Source: Octopus bimaculoides (taxonomy: Eukaryota). Taken from it: DNA of 64,000 nt. Within the stretch, counting starts at the first letter, position 1; every line of letters begins with the position of its first letter. The stretch lies in assembly GCF_001194135.2 (NCBI RefSeq), contig NC_068993.1, forward strand, positions 60,479,690-60,543,689, read 5' to 3'. Shown here piece after piece: positions 36,822 to 50,227 of this stretch. Position numbers and translations under genes: made by a program. The notes beneath the pieces are model-generated. The model searched no databases. It was given only the letters and a program-made list of their open reading frames with translations, and was not told the DNA's origin.

Positions 36822-37729
36822 CGTTCCTCATACGGTCTTCACGGTCTGACTATCTGAGCCAATGTTTAGTGATGGTAGCCTCGAAGCTGTTGACTAGAGC
36901 TTTCTCACAGACTGCAAACTAGTTCTTCTGTTGAATTCTCATGATTAATCAAGCTTAGCAGAAGTCAAAAGTACCTTATCGCTGAACATTTCTGCGTTCT
37001 AAAGATCGATCGAAACGGACAGCGAAGACCAACATCAGCCAGAAAATCAGACAAGAACAAATGAAATCGCAGACTTTGGTGTCAAACCATTCTGACTGTT
37101 GAACTGTTTAAACAAAAGAGTCGCAAAAATAGCCAAACGTTAAGGACGAAAATTTTACCAACGTAAACTGCGTTCACCTCAGCCTATTAAATACAATTTG
37201 TGAAGACAAATCTTCGTGGAAACTTCGATCAGAATTTTCTGCGAATTGTGCTAACACTATTAAGAATGCATTAAATTGTGTTTTTATTCGAGATTTCCAA
37301 TTCCTTGCTTAGATTATTTCCCAAAGAACAATCCAACAATCCGATGTTGCCCAACTCATTGTCCGGATGAGTCGAGAACTAATGTAAAAATCTGATACAG
37401 ACTTAAAAAAAGAAACAAAGAAAAGAAATAAAATTTAAATCTCGTATGTTGCAAACATACTCTACATGGTCGCTTGACCTGTTAGAAATAGCAGCCGAAC
37501 TTTCTTCAAATTATCGTACATCGTCTTGAGAAAATGAGAAGATATACAGGGGTAAGGTGGTCTTAGATATAATTAGTCTGAATAAACAAATAGACAGAAT
37601 CGAGATGGTCACGAATGGAACGTATTTTATTATTAGTAAACGTGATTAAAGTTCATTGGGGGCTGAGCAAAAATAAAGTGACTCAGAAGAAAGACGTTTC
37701 ACATAAAACAATATCAACAACTCAATAGA

Positions 37730-37914
37730 GTCCACCACCACCACCAACAACAACACCACCACTAGCAGCAACAACAACAACAATAATTTCTGCTATTACC
37801 ACCACCACCACCACCACAACCACCAGCCATCGTCGTCGTAGTAATAGTAGTAGTAGTCTCACTATATTTACATTAACAACACTACTGCTGCTTCTGCTAC
37901 TACTACTACTACTG

Positions 37915-37961
<47 letters not shown>

Positions 37962-38440
37962 GCTACTACTTCCATTACTACAGCCATCACTGCATCACAA
38001 GAACATCATAACCACCTCCAGTACCACTACCAAAACCACTAGCACCAAGTCAACGAAGGAACGATCTACTACAACCACCACCGCAACATCTACTGCTACT
38101 ACTAATACTTCTACCTCCACAACCCCACCCCTCTTCACCACCATCCTGCCACGACCACCACCACCACTTTTGGTGAGTTTATTTCTAATTACAATTTTAG
38201 TGTTTGCAGCTGGCTTAGTTTACATAATGTTGTTGTTGGTGTTATTGTTGTTGTACTTCTTATGATTATTTCTGTTGTCTTTGCAATCGTTGTTGTTGTT
38301 GTTGTTGCTCTTTGACTGTTTCTGTTTTTCTTTCTGTGTGCAATTAATTATCGCCGCTGCTGCTGCTAATCTCGTTGTTGTGGTGATAGTGATGACGGCG
38401 TTGACCGCAGTGAGAACAACAATGTTAATGGTGATGATGA

Positions 38441-38473
<33 letters not shown>

Positions 38474-38600
38474 TGGTGATGATGATGACGATCATGATGA
38501 TGATTACAGTAACGATGATTCTTGTGGCGGTAATATGGCGGCAACAAAAACAACAGCTGCAGCAATAACAACACCAACAACAACAACAATAAAAATGTAA
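37730..38600. repeat. Compound trinucleotide field: (CAC)n, (CTA)n, (TTG)n, (GAC)n, (GAT)n
   Basis: Seen directly. Confidence 0.9.
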
Positions 38601-38829
38601 CACTGAAGTAAAAGGTAGCGAACGAACATGTTAATGAAGGAGAGCGAAAGAGATTATTGGTTGGTTACACAGTCAAACTGATAAACAGATAATTAATTCT
38701 TGCTTCCAACTCCATTTGGCCAATTGGCCCCAAGAAACAGTTGAATAGCTAAGGTCAACTCATCCATCCACCCCATCCATCCACCCCATCCATCTACCTC
38801 ATCCATCCACCTTCTTCGTCCACAATACT

Positions 38830-39075
38830 TGGAAAGGTCGTTGGGGGACATACCCCTCAGCCGTCTCATCCACGGGGTCCCATCAGATGCAACGTCAGGA
38901 AACTTTCCAGCTGGATCCCCAAGCGTGATCAGCAGAGATTATAGATGCTATCCAGCCATTTCGTTCTTAGTTTAGCCTGAGATCGCTTTCCGGTTGGCTC
39001 GGCTTGAAGAATCTTTCTTGCGATTCTTTCCGGCGACATTCTGCATACATGTCCACAGTCCGGTAAAATCAGGAA
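38830..39075 (-). mobile_element. LINE RT C-terminal remnant (RTE-like)
   Basis: CGHVCRMSPERIARKILQAEPTGKRSQAKLRTKWLDSI. Confidence 0.75.
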
Positions 39076-39653
39076 TTCGAGAAAAAAACAAACAAACAAA
39101 CAAAACAACTGGTGCTAGTCTGAATTTGTAAGAATGAATCAATAAGAGAATTCAAAGAAAAGTTCAGTTGTATAGTTGCTGGGAAGAGTGCAGAATGTGA
39201 CGGTTCGGATAATTGTTCTTCATCGAAAAGTGAATAGGAGGAAGCGAAGGAAGGGAGAGAAAGGAAATGGCGTTGCTATTTGGGTTGTTGGCAAGTAAAT
39301 GAGATTGAGCTGACGTAGGCGAAAGGTAAAGTTGTGAATATATATATATATNNNNNNNNNNNNNNNNNNNNNNNNNNNNNNNNNNNNNNNNNNNNNNNNN
39401 NNNNNNNNNNNNNNNNNNNNNNNNNNNNNNNNNNNNNNNNNNNNNNNNNNNNNNNNNNNNNNNNNNNNNNNNNNNNNNNNNNNNNNNNNNNNNNNNNNNN
39501 NNNNNNNNNNNNNNNNNNNNNNNNNNNNNNNNNNNNNNNNNNNNNNNNNNNNNNNNNNNNNNNNNNNNNNNNNNNNNNNNNNNNNNNNNNNNNNNNNNNN
39601 NNNNNNNNNNNNNNNNNNNNNNNNNNNNNNNNNNNNNNNNNNNNNNNNNNNNN

Positions 39654-39710
<57 letters not shown>

Positions 39711-40765
39711 GCACGCACATATATCTCGTATATATTCGCGTGTAAGAAACCCCTAACTTAGAGAAGGAAATTTGACGAAAAAATATTATAGTTAAATTGA
39801 AGATAATAATTTGTTACATTAATTTAAAAAACTAATGAATATTTATGGCATGTAGGTATTAGAAGAAATTACATCTGTGGGGAAAATATCGGGGTATCAG
39901 AATTTTGGAGAAATCATATTAACAGTAAAATTCACTTAAACAGAACATTATAAGAGATATACAGAAAAAAAAAGATATATAACTGTTGCGAAATAAATAT
40001 AAAAAAACGAACATTCTAGCAAATTGTTTATCTTTGGTATATTGGAAATTATAAGTTCAAGGATATGTAGTTAATTAGCGACATAAACAAGTAATTAGCT
40101 GCGTAATCAAGCGAGTTTCAAAGCCTTGAAGAAATATAAATTTTAGCAAGGTAGGACTCCCCCACCCTGAGAAGATGACATTTTTATTGAAACATTTAAG
40201 AGATAAACACACACACACACGTATATATATATATATAGATGCCTATCTACATACACATCAGTAAATATATCCACAATATAGATTTACAGAAGAACAAAAC
40301 AAGAAACACAATTACGCGTTATTCTCTGATTGGCACGCGGAAGAACAGTTGAGGAGAGGGGGTTAAAGACGAGGGGGCGACGTGGATGGACTGAAAAACT
40401 AGAAGTAGCTAAGGTTTATATTCATACGTTGCGCAGAAGAGATACCCAGGTTTAAAATTAGATGGTTTTGTCCCATGCGCCTGCAGGAGTTAGATAATCT
40501 ATAGCACAGGAAAATACCATAGTTTAGGAGATGGTGGCCAGTAAGTAGAGCCGGATAAGTTAAAGTGACGAGTTACAGTATTTGAGGAACCACTCGACGT
40601 TGTGATTGACATTAAGGAAATGCTCACAGGACCGGTTACCCAAAAGGCACCACATCTCATCTATACATTGTGCAGTGCAGAGTTTGTGCATTATGTTATA
40701 TGTTATACTTTACACCCAGCGCAAACGCACACATACATATATACATACACACACACATAAAGTTA

Positions 40766-41172
40766 ACAGACGTAGGAGTGGCTGTGTGGTAAGTAGCTTG
40801 CTTACGAACCACATGGTTCCGGGTTCAGTCCCACTACGTGGCACCTTGGGCAAGTGTCTTCTACTATAGTCTCGGGCCGACCAAAGCCTTCTGAGTGGAT
40901 TTGGTAGACGGAAACTGAAAGAAGCCCGTCGTATATATGTATATATATATATATGTATGTTTGTGTGTATGTTTGTGTGTATGTTTGTGTGTCTGTGTTT
41001 GTCTTCCCAACTTCGCTTGACAACGATGCTGGTTTGTTTATGTCCCCGTAACTTAGCGGTTCGGCAAAAAGAGACGATAGAATAAATACTAGGCTTACAA
41101 AGAATAAATCCTGGGGTCGATTTGCTCGACTAAAGGCGGTGCTCCAGCATGGCCACAGTCAAAAGAGTAAAA
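40766..41172 (+). mobile_element. Family A SINE, full length and well preserved
   Basis: Head GGAGTGGCTGTGTGGTAAG..GGGTTCAGTCCC, internal (TA/TG)n, 3' GGGGTCGATTTGCTCGACTAAAGGCGGTGCTCCAGCATGGCCACAGTC-AAAAGAGT. Confidence 0.93.
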
Positions 41173-42171
41173 CAAGATATTTATTAAATTTACGCTTACA
41201 GAAAGAAAAGGAAACAAGAGTATGTGATTTTACGTGCTTAAGGTCTTTGCTAGAAAGACACCGAGAGGAAAAGTCTGGAAAAAAATAGCCAGAAATGAAA
41301 CGGGAAATAACAGGAAAATCGGTTATAGACTATGTTAAGCCTCGTTGAAACTGAACGGAAGTTAGAGATGACCGGAAGTTAAATGGAATGAAAGAGGTTT
41401 CATACAAACAAGTGCAACAGTGGATGAAATTATACGTGTATGTGTGTGTGTAATGATATATGCAGTTACTTTCCTGGTTTTATACTCATTAAATTTCACT
41501 GGATCTTATTCGTCGGCTTGATTCTAAGATAGTAGAACTATAGAGTTACGAAGCGCACAGCCATAACTGTGAGATTGGCGGAAAGGAAGAATGCGAGAGA
41601 AGAAGAAGACAAGAAGTTGGGGGTGAAATAAGGTTCTGGGGAAAGAGAGAGAGAGAGAGCGAGGACGAGAGAGTAAGAGAAGTAAAGAAGGGGAAGAAAA
41701 AAAGAGTCGAGAAGAGAAAAAAACGACAAATATTACGAGAAATAGAGACGAACATTGTTTGAGAAAGATAAGGGGGGGGGGAGAAAAAGAGAGGAAGAGG
41801 AAGAAGTAGAGAGAGAGGGAGAGAGGAAGCGAGAGTGTATGTTATTGAATCCTAGAAAGAGGAAAAGATAGAGTGAAACACACACATACACACATATACA
41901 TAGTGAGCGAGGGCGAGTGAAATGAGCAAGACAGACAAAACGAAATAGAAAATCAGCGACTAAGAATAGTAGAGAGAAAGAGTAGTGAGGGAGAGTGAGA
42001 GAGAGGGGAGGAGGAGAGAGAGGAAAAGAAGAAATCGAAAATATTTAAATCTAATTAAAGAACATTATCGATCCAGGATCGATTAAAAGCAAAATCGATT
42101 CCGTCGGGATTTGAACCCATAACAAGGCATTTAGTGCAAACGTTGTCTGTTTTTGCAGTACACCCTACACG

Positions 42172-42230
<59 letters not shown>

Positions 42231-43159
42231 NNNNNNNNNNNNNNNNNNNNNNNNNNNNNNNNNNNNNNNNNNNNNNNNNNNNNNNNNNNNNNNNNNNNNN
42301 NNNNNNNNNNNNNNNNNNNNNNNNNNNNNNNNNNNNNNNNNNNNNNNNNNNNNNNNNNNNNNNNNNNNNNNNNNNNNNNNNNNNNNNNNNNNNNNNNNNN
42401 NNNNNNNNNNNNNNNNNNNNNNNNNNNNNNNNNNNNNNNNNNNNNNNNNNNNNNNNNNNNNNNNNNNNNNNNNNNNNNNNNNNNNNNNNNNNNNNNNNNN
42501 NNNNNNNNNNNNNNNNNNNNNNNNNNNNNNNNNNNNNNNNNNNNNNNNNNNNNNNNNNNNNNNNNNNNNNNNNNNNNNNNNNNNNNNNNNNNNNNNNNNN
42601 NNNNNNNNNNNNNNNNNNNNNNNNNNNNNNNNNNNNNNNNNNNNNNNNNNNNNNNNNNNNNNNNNNNNNNNNNNNNNNNNNNNNNNNNNNNNNNNNNNNN
42701 NNNNNNNNNNNNNNNNNNNNNNNNNNNNNNNNNNNNNNNNNNNNNNNNNNNNNNNNNNNNNNNNNNNNNNNNNNNNNNNNNNNNNNNNNNNNNNNNNNNN
42801 NNNNNNNNNNNNNNNNNNNNNNNNNNNNNNNNNNNNNNNNNNNNNNNNNNNNNNNNNNNNNNNNNNNNNNNNNNNNNNNNNNNNNNNNNNNNNNNNNNNN
42901 NNNNNNNNNNNNNNNNNNNNNNNNNNNNNNNNNNNNNNNNNNNNNNNNNNNNNTATATATGTATATATATATCGATATAGATAGATAATAATGAGGGATT
43001 AGCAATTCAGGCAAAATACCTCATAAGCTCTGTTGGCCCACTAGGCTAACAGTATTATTTAGATTAGTGAAAAACTCCATCTAATATTTTGGTAGGATCC
43101 CAGTTTATGGTTCATCACCATTCTACATTGTAAATCCGTGGATTTATATAAATATATAC

Positions 43160-43600
43160 ATATTATCGACCCCCACATACTCAACGTATGCTCTCTGCTT
43201 GTTCTCCAGTAGGCCGCGGATAGCGCGGTAGGGATGACTTTCTCAAAGCGTGCTGGGTGACAACTCACCCCAAATTTCGTTCAGGAGTGTTGGACATCGA
43301 TGTTTCACCATACTTGTATTTTTGTGCCTTATCAACATCACATACCCGAATTGAATCCGAGCGAACTGAATCACTGGCGTCGGAGACTATATACAAATAG
43401 AATAAAAACCATTTGTTAATGGTGAAACATCGATGTCCATCGCCCCTGAATAAGATTTGGTGCGAACTGTACCACCTGTCTATGACTTCCAGCTGTTTTA
43501 GCAGACAGCACCTTGACGGAGGCATCACCACTGCGCTGTTTCGCAGCCCACCGGCAAACAAGCATGATACATCCATTGAGTATGTGTGGTCGATAATGTC
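43160..43600. mobile_element. Foldback/MITE-like element with long imperfect inverted arms
   Basis: Arms ~43160-43311 and ~43419-43600 align at roughly 70% by eye and include a perfect 21-bp IR (TGGACATCGATGTTTCACCAT / ATGGTGAAACATCGATGTCCA); ~107-bp spacer. Confidence 0.7.
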
Positions 43601-44719
43601 TACAACACCAGCGCTGCTTCTAATTCATATTTGAATACACACACACACACACACACACATCATATTTGTGTGTGTATGTGTGTGTATACTCGTTGTTCAC
43701 GTAGTGTTACTTATTGTTTAGATTCAACAGTGACCACACTCCGCAATATTTAGGACTATGCATAGATCCTTTATGTAACGTGTCCTTACTTTTTAAGGGT
43801 ATAATTTGTGGGAGAGTTTTGATTGTTATTTTTAGTTGAGCTTATCCTATTGGCTGTTCATACCAGCGATCTACTGGGGATCGTTCAATGAACCACAGTT
43901 CCAGTCTAAAACTGATTTCCTGTTGTTTATCATCATCAGAAACCAATATTACTTTGAGTAAACATTTGTGAGGTTTTGTGCAGCTTTGGATTGCATCTCA
44001 TCATCAGACCAGTGGGTTTTTAATGGTATCGATATATCTAGAGAGAGTAGCAATGGATTAGTGATGGTAGTGGTGGTGGTGGTGGTGGTGGTGGTGGTGG
44101 TGGTGAGGTGGATGTAGAGAGATGGAATCCGATATTGAATGCGAAANNNNNNNNNNNNNNNNNNNNNNNNNNNNNNNNNNNNNNNNNNNNNNNNNNNNNN
44201 NNNNNNNNNNNNNNNNNNNNNNNNNNNNNNNNNNNNNNNNNNNNNNNNNNNNNNNNNNNNNNNNNNNNNNNNNNNNNNNNNNNNNNNNNNNNNNNNNNNN
44301 NNNNNNNNNNNNNNNNNNNNNNNNNNNNNNNNNNNNNNNNNNNNNNNNNNNNNNNNNNNNNNNNNNNNNNNNNNNNNNNNNNNNNNNNNNNNNNNNNNNN
44401 NNNNNNNNNNNNNNNNNNNNNNNNNNNNNNNNNNNNNNNNNNNNNNNNNNNNNNNNNNNNNNNNNNNNNNNNNNNNNNNNNNNNNNNNNNNNNNNNNNNN
44501 NNNNNNNNNNNNNNNNNNNNNNNNNNNNNNNNNNNNNNNNNNNNNNNNNNNNNNNNNNNNNNNNNNNNNNNNNNNNNNNNNNNNNNNNNNNNNNNNNNNN
44601 NNNNNNNNNNNNNNNNNNNNNNNNNNNNNNNNNNNNNNNNNNNNNNNNNNNNNNNNNNNNNNNNNNNNNNNNNNNNNNNNNNNNNNNNNNNNNNNNNNNN
44701 NNNNNNNNNNNNNNNNNNN

Positions 44720-44779
<60 letters not shown>

Positions 44780-44932
44780 ACTGGTGCTGCTGCTACTGAT
44801 GATGAGGAGGAGGAGGGAGGAGGAGGGGGACGATGATAATGATGAGAATGATGATGATGATGATGATATTCCTACTACTACCATCACAACTGCAACTACT
44901 GCTACCACCACAAACACCACCACTACAACCCT

Positions 44933-44993
<61 letters not shown>

Positions 44994-45132
44994 ACTAAAT
45001 GCGTACACATGTTTGCAAGCCTAAATTGCTAAAGACTTTACGTCCGTATGGCATAGCAGCTTCACACCTAGACACACACGCACCCATACACAGCTGTGCA
45101 TGCAATCATACACGCATACACACACACACACA

Positions 45133-45184
<52 letters not shown>

Positions 45185-45310
45185 TAGAGGCACACATGCG
45201 CCGCCCGCACATACATACAAGCATACTCACGGATGCATGGAAACACATTTTAATTGATAGACATACGCATATGCATTCCACTCTACATACATGCGCACAC
45301 TATACACACA

Positions 45311-45348
<38 letters not shown>

Positions 45349-45372
45349 GCACTCTTTCTCACACACGCACAC

Positions 45373-45408
<36 letters not shown>

Positions 45409-46381
45409 GTGCACACATGCACATATCAAACTGACAGATACATACAAAACAGGTAAGNNNNNNNNNNNNNNNNNNNNNNNNNNNNNNNNNNNNNNNNNNN
45501 NNNNNNNNNNNNNNNNNNNNNNNNNNNNNNNNNNNNNNNNNNATGAGCATACATATACACACGCATCATGTGTGCACTTAACAAATTATTTCTTCTAATG
45601 CTTTTGCCTCGAAAAGCAAGCAATAAAGAGATGATTGTGACACAAAATACACTGACCTTCTTATTTCACAAATTACTTGGAGAACCTCTTGATTTTAACT
45701 ACTTCTATTTGTTGTTGTTGCTGTTGCTGTTGTGGTGGTTCTGGTGGTGGTTGAAATTGTTCTTGTTGTTGAGCTAGCTTTGATTTTACGGGTCTTTGAT
45801 CAAAGGCGTTCCATTTGTGGCTGTCTAAAATTTTTGTATTGCCCGGACCATCATAAGTAATGTGTTTGCATTTTTGTGCGTGGTTAGAGTGAGTTTTGGT
45901 TGTTATTTCTAGGAAGCTGAACGACTATGTAGATGTTCCTTCGTTAGCTTTATTTTACCCAGTTGTTGCTGTTGTTGATGCTGTTGCTTTATTCTAGGTT
46001 AGCCTTGATTCAGCAGAACTATTTTCAAAGGCGTTCCAGCCATTTTCCTAAAGAAGTTTTCCCAGACATAATGCATCAAGAATTACAATATAGAATCCAT
46101 TCTTCCCTTTTTATGACATTAAAAGTGTAATATGAGGGTGATTTAGTTACTTTTTCTAGCAGATCGTGTGACCGCGTAGAAGCTTCTTTAATGGTTGATT
46201 TTTTTTTCTTATTGTTCAACTTCTTAAATGTGTTTGTTGTTCAAGAGTCATTTAAATCAAATAGCAATTGGTATTCAGTGACAATATTTGGCTAANNNNN
46301 NNNNNTCATTTAAATCAAATAGCAATTGGTATTCAGTGACAATATTTGGCTAAGAGAGAGAGAGAGAGGGGTGGTGGGAAG

Positions 46382-46425
<44 letters not shown>

Positions 46426-46992
46426 GAGAGAAAGAAAGAAAGAGAGAAAGAAAGAGAGTAAGAAAGAAGGAGAGAGAGAGAGAGGAGTCAAGATTCGTAC
46501 GTGTAGATTCTGCCGCGTTCGACTTCGCTTTTCGCCCGATGTTAGGCTGTTAAATAATCACTCATTATTTGATTGGTACAATAAATAAATAAATAAATAA
46601 ATAAATATGCCCCTGTACTAGTTATTCCCGTAGCTTCATTTTTACGTTCGTTCAAATCCCATAGAGGTCGACTTCATCATTAATCCACCCAGGGATCGAT
46701 AAAATAAATTCCGGTCAAGTTATGCGGATTTACATAATCTCAACAGTTCCTTAAAAAAAAATTTATGGCTTCGTGCCAATGTTATTAATGAAATATTAAT
46801 TAATTCGGAGATCAAGCGACAGCTGTAATAAAATACTTGCAGAGAAACACCTCTCCTGACAGTGTAATTGGCGTGAGTGTGCTGCTGGTAGACGAGTAGA
46901 GGTGACGGTTGCCCCAGTCACCGGTTTCTCCCATCCTTATGCGAGCAAGAACCCTTAACGTTATTTTTTTTCTTGCTTACATCATATCTAAC

Positions 46993-47283
46993 GAAGGCGC
47001 GTGGCCTGGTGGTTAGGATGTTGCATTCACGATCGCTAGATCGTGGATTCGATGCCTCGACCTGGTAGCACGTTGCGTTCTTGAGGAAAACACTTCGTTT
47101 CACGTTTCTCCTGTCCACACAACAATAAAACGATAAGCTTGCGGTGGCCTGGCTTTCCCATCAGAGAGAATGTGGAGCCTGTTCGCCTTGCCAGCGGGGT
47201 GGCATCATTGGAAAGCTAGAAGGATGCAAGGAAGTATATTGTGACCAGTGAGGTATAACAACATCCATTAGTCTGGTCGATAC
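46993..47283 (+). mobile_element. tRNA-derived SINE (head type 2, tail type Y)
   Basis: GGCGCGTGGCCTGGTGGTTAGG..GGATTCGATGCC..TTCTTGAGGAAAACACTT..GGGGTGGCATCATTGGAAAGCTAG..TTGTGACCAGTGAGGTATAAC. Confidence 0.8.
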
Positions 47284-47724
47284 AATAAGTTTTAAAGAAA
47301 ATGTCTAGAGAAAACAAATCAACCAGACTATCTGTGTCTATATAGCTACATGCATATACATGCATATCTATCTGTGTCTATATAGACTATCTGTGTCAAT
47401 GTAGCTACATGCATATGCATGCATAACAATTCAGGCCTAAATATGGTGGGGATCTTACATATTGTGATGTTGAGGATTGAAGAACTTGGGTTAACCGAGA
47501 TTATCCACGAAATAAGAAGACAGGAACTCCTTCTAGAGGTGTTTAAAATCTAAAAACCAAACAGGGGATTACCCCAATAACATTTCATGAATATTTTGGT
47601 GTGCGTTAGAACATTATGTTGTGTGGGAAACGGTGTCATTAATTCTATACATTAGTCTGGCATTCACCTTCAGGAAGAGAGATCTCTGTCTGTCGTTTGT
47701 TTGTCTGCCTCTTCCACCCCTCAG

Positions 47725-47764
<40 letters not shown>

Positions 47765-48469
47765 GTTCTTTATTTCTAAGCCACCTAATGTTGTGAACGT
47801 GGGAATACCATTTACAGAGATTCTAGTTTGATCCACTCTTGTCTGCATTATCTTTATCTTTCAATTATTTATATTGTCTAATATCGGTAGAGTGAACTAG
47901 CCGGATATTTAATCTACGATTTACGTGGATAATCTCTGTTAATCAAAGTTTCTCAACTCGCTAAATTTTATCCCCGAAACCTTAGCGCCAATGTGTAATG
48001 GTCGTTGGCCAGAATGCTTCCTTGATGCATTTCCTCTTTGTCCTTTGGCGAAACATCAGCTTACTCAAATCAGATTCACATTACACCAGTTCCAAACACC
48101 CGAGACTATAACCAAATCCACTCTTTCTCACAATTAACTCCTCCACTCCCGTCGCTACCCTCTCCCCCACTCACATTCTCCTCTCTATCATCATCTCTGT
48201 CATTTCCGATGTATTGTATGAATCACGAGTAAATAGGTAAACAAATGACATTTAAGAACTTCAGAACTTCTAAACGGATTTATTGTTCTTTACTGTTTAC
48301 TGTTGCATTTTTTTTGTTTGTTTTTGCTGATATTTAAGATTTTTGACATACAATTTCATACAAGCGTCTGATGAAATATCAAAAGGAAAGCGAAAAATGG
48401 TTTTTAAAAAAATTAACACTTATTCAAGTTCGGTATTTATGGTGGAATTTCATTAATGAATAATGATTT

Positions 48470-48900
48470 CTCAAAGAGGCACAAGGCCTCAAATCTGGCG
48501 GGAGGGAACAATCGATAATGTTGAACCGAGCAGGTGATAAATACTTTGTTTTACCGATTCCGGAACGAAGAAACCCAAAGTCGGCGTTGGCTGATTTTAA
48601 ACTCTGAACGAAGATACCGGAACAAATCCCTCAAGGTATTTGGAAACAATGATCTAGCGACTTTGTCAATCCACCGATTCACTCACTATTCGAGTTCTAG
48701 ATCAGCGGTTCTTGCAAAAAATATTTTTAAAATAAAAACTATGGTTGAAATAGATAGAACGTCAAATATCTTTTGGTATTTGGTTACATCCCTTTACCTT
48801 CTGAGTTTAAGTCGACTTTTCCTTTAAACTCTCCCTTCGAAAATGGTAACTTAAGTATTAGAAAAAGCACCGAGGTTTGATATAATCGATTGAAGCATTA
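48470..48900. mobile_element. Head-to-head pair of degenerate family B SINEs
   Basis: Minus copy ~48470-48700 (GGCACAAGGCCTC..CCCAAAGTCGGC..TTTTAACTCTGAACG); plus copy ~48740-48900 (TTCTGAGTTTAAGTCGACTTTTCC). Confidence 0.65.
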
Positions 48901-49085
48901 GAATCAGCAAAGATGTTATATGAGCTGTGAATAAAAGCTTTATTTATATCGACTTATTTATAATAGCTTAATTTATAGAAGGACATAACTAGCAAAAAAC
49001 TGGGATATTTCATGTTTTTTTAAACGTTCGTAATTCCGTTTCTATGCAGAAATTTATAGAACGTGAACACTTGATTCATTAAACA

Positions 49086-49388
49086 GTTCTATATTTAAGA
49101 GATGAGCAATTATGTACATTATTTACATTATTTACATTTGACGGGCATATGGTGTAATGGTTCAGAGCGCAGGCTACTAACCTCAAGATTCCGAGTTCGA
49201 TTCCAGGCAGTGACCTGAATAATAATAACGATAATAATAATAATAATATCGAAAAATACCTAAGGAACGAGAACCCAGGATCGAAATTTCCCTAAGACAC
49301 CCGATGAAGGCTGGAGGGTATATCAGCCGAAACGTTCTGTTAACAACAAACAAGATGAGGACAAATATCCGTCAAATGTAAATAATGT
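49086..49388 (+). mobile_element. tRNA-headed, hammerhead-containing element preceded by an inverted copy of its own tail
   Basis: 49086-49145 is the inverted tail (same start as 5461). 49146-49388 reads TGGTGTAATGG (A-box-like), GAGTTCGATTCC (B box), (AAT)n, body, hammerhead motif, tail CCGTCAAATGTAAATAATGT. Confidence 0.85.
49296..49341 (+). ncRNA. Minimal type I hammerhead motif (one core substitution)
   Basis: GACAC-CCGATGA-A-GGCTG-gagggtatat-CAGCC-GAAA-C-GTT-CTGTT. U4 is replaced by C; stems II and III are intact. Confidence 0.62.
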
Positions 49389-49494
49389 TGATTCATTATG
49401 TTAAAAACTTTGGTTATATCTTCGACTTCGACCCATAGTTAAGGTCGATTAAAGCGTAATACTCGAACACACGTATGTCGTCAAAAGCAGAATT

Positions 49495-49715
49495 ATATTT
49501 GCTTCAAATTTAGGCACAAGGCCTGAAATTTTCGAGGAGAGAGTTAATCGATTACATCGACCCCAATGCTCAACTGGTACTTATTTTATAACCTCCAGAA
49601 GGATGAAGAGGCAAAGTCGACCTCGGCGGAATTTGAACTCAGAACGTAAAGACTGCCGAAATACTGCTAAGCATTCTGCTCAGCGTGCTTAACGATTCTT
49701 CCTCTTCACCGCCAT
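49495..49715 (-). mobile_element. Family B SINE
   Basis: TTCAAATTTAGGCACAAGGCCTG..GGCAAAGTCGACCTCGGCGGAATTTGAACTCAGAACGTAAAGAC..GCTTAACGATTCT. Confidence 0.9.
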
Positions 49716-50227
49716 TACATGCATCTATAATATTAACCCAAGTGGTCTTTAAGTACAGAAATTATTTTTTGATTTGAGTATTCATTATTTGTTAACTGCT
49801 TTGGTTGTTGTTTTTTTATTGTCGATGCCATTCTAAACATCTGTAAAACAAAAAAAGCTATAAATTGTCGAGTTTACCTCTTTAATGTCTGCACCATCTG
49901 TGACATTTCTACTGTCTTACTCTTTAAAACAGAATCTGTCGAGAGAATCTCACATTTCATCCTAGTTTACGTCAGTTGACTTTAAACGACTTGGCGGTTC
50001 GTTTCGGGCCCAAACCCCGCCATCTCACTGCATTGTATCGTACCACACCGCATCACGTTGCTATTAATGTGGAAATCACAAAAGAAATGACTGACGTTTT
50101 TCAATCAAATCATTAAAAGAAACCAGACCTTTCAAATGGAAGGAGCTGCTTCGATTTCTGATGCATCTCTTTTGGAACAATTGCTTCGTACAAAAGGGTT
50201 TGGCAAGGGGGACAGAGTGGGGGGGTC

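Noticed and set aside
41375-41400. Tandem ETS-like CGGAAGTT sites as a promoter
   Set aside because: Two short motifs with no other promoter evidence.
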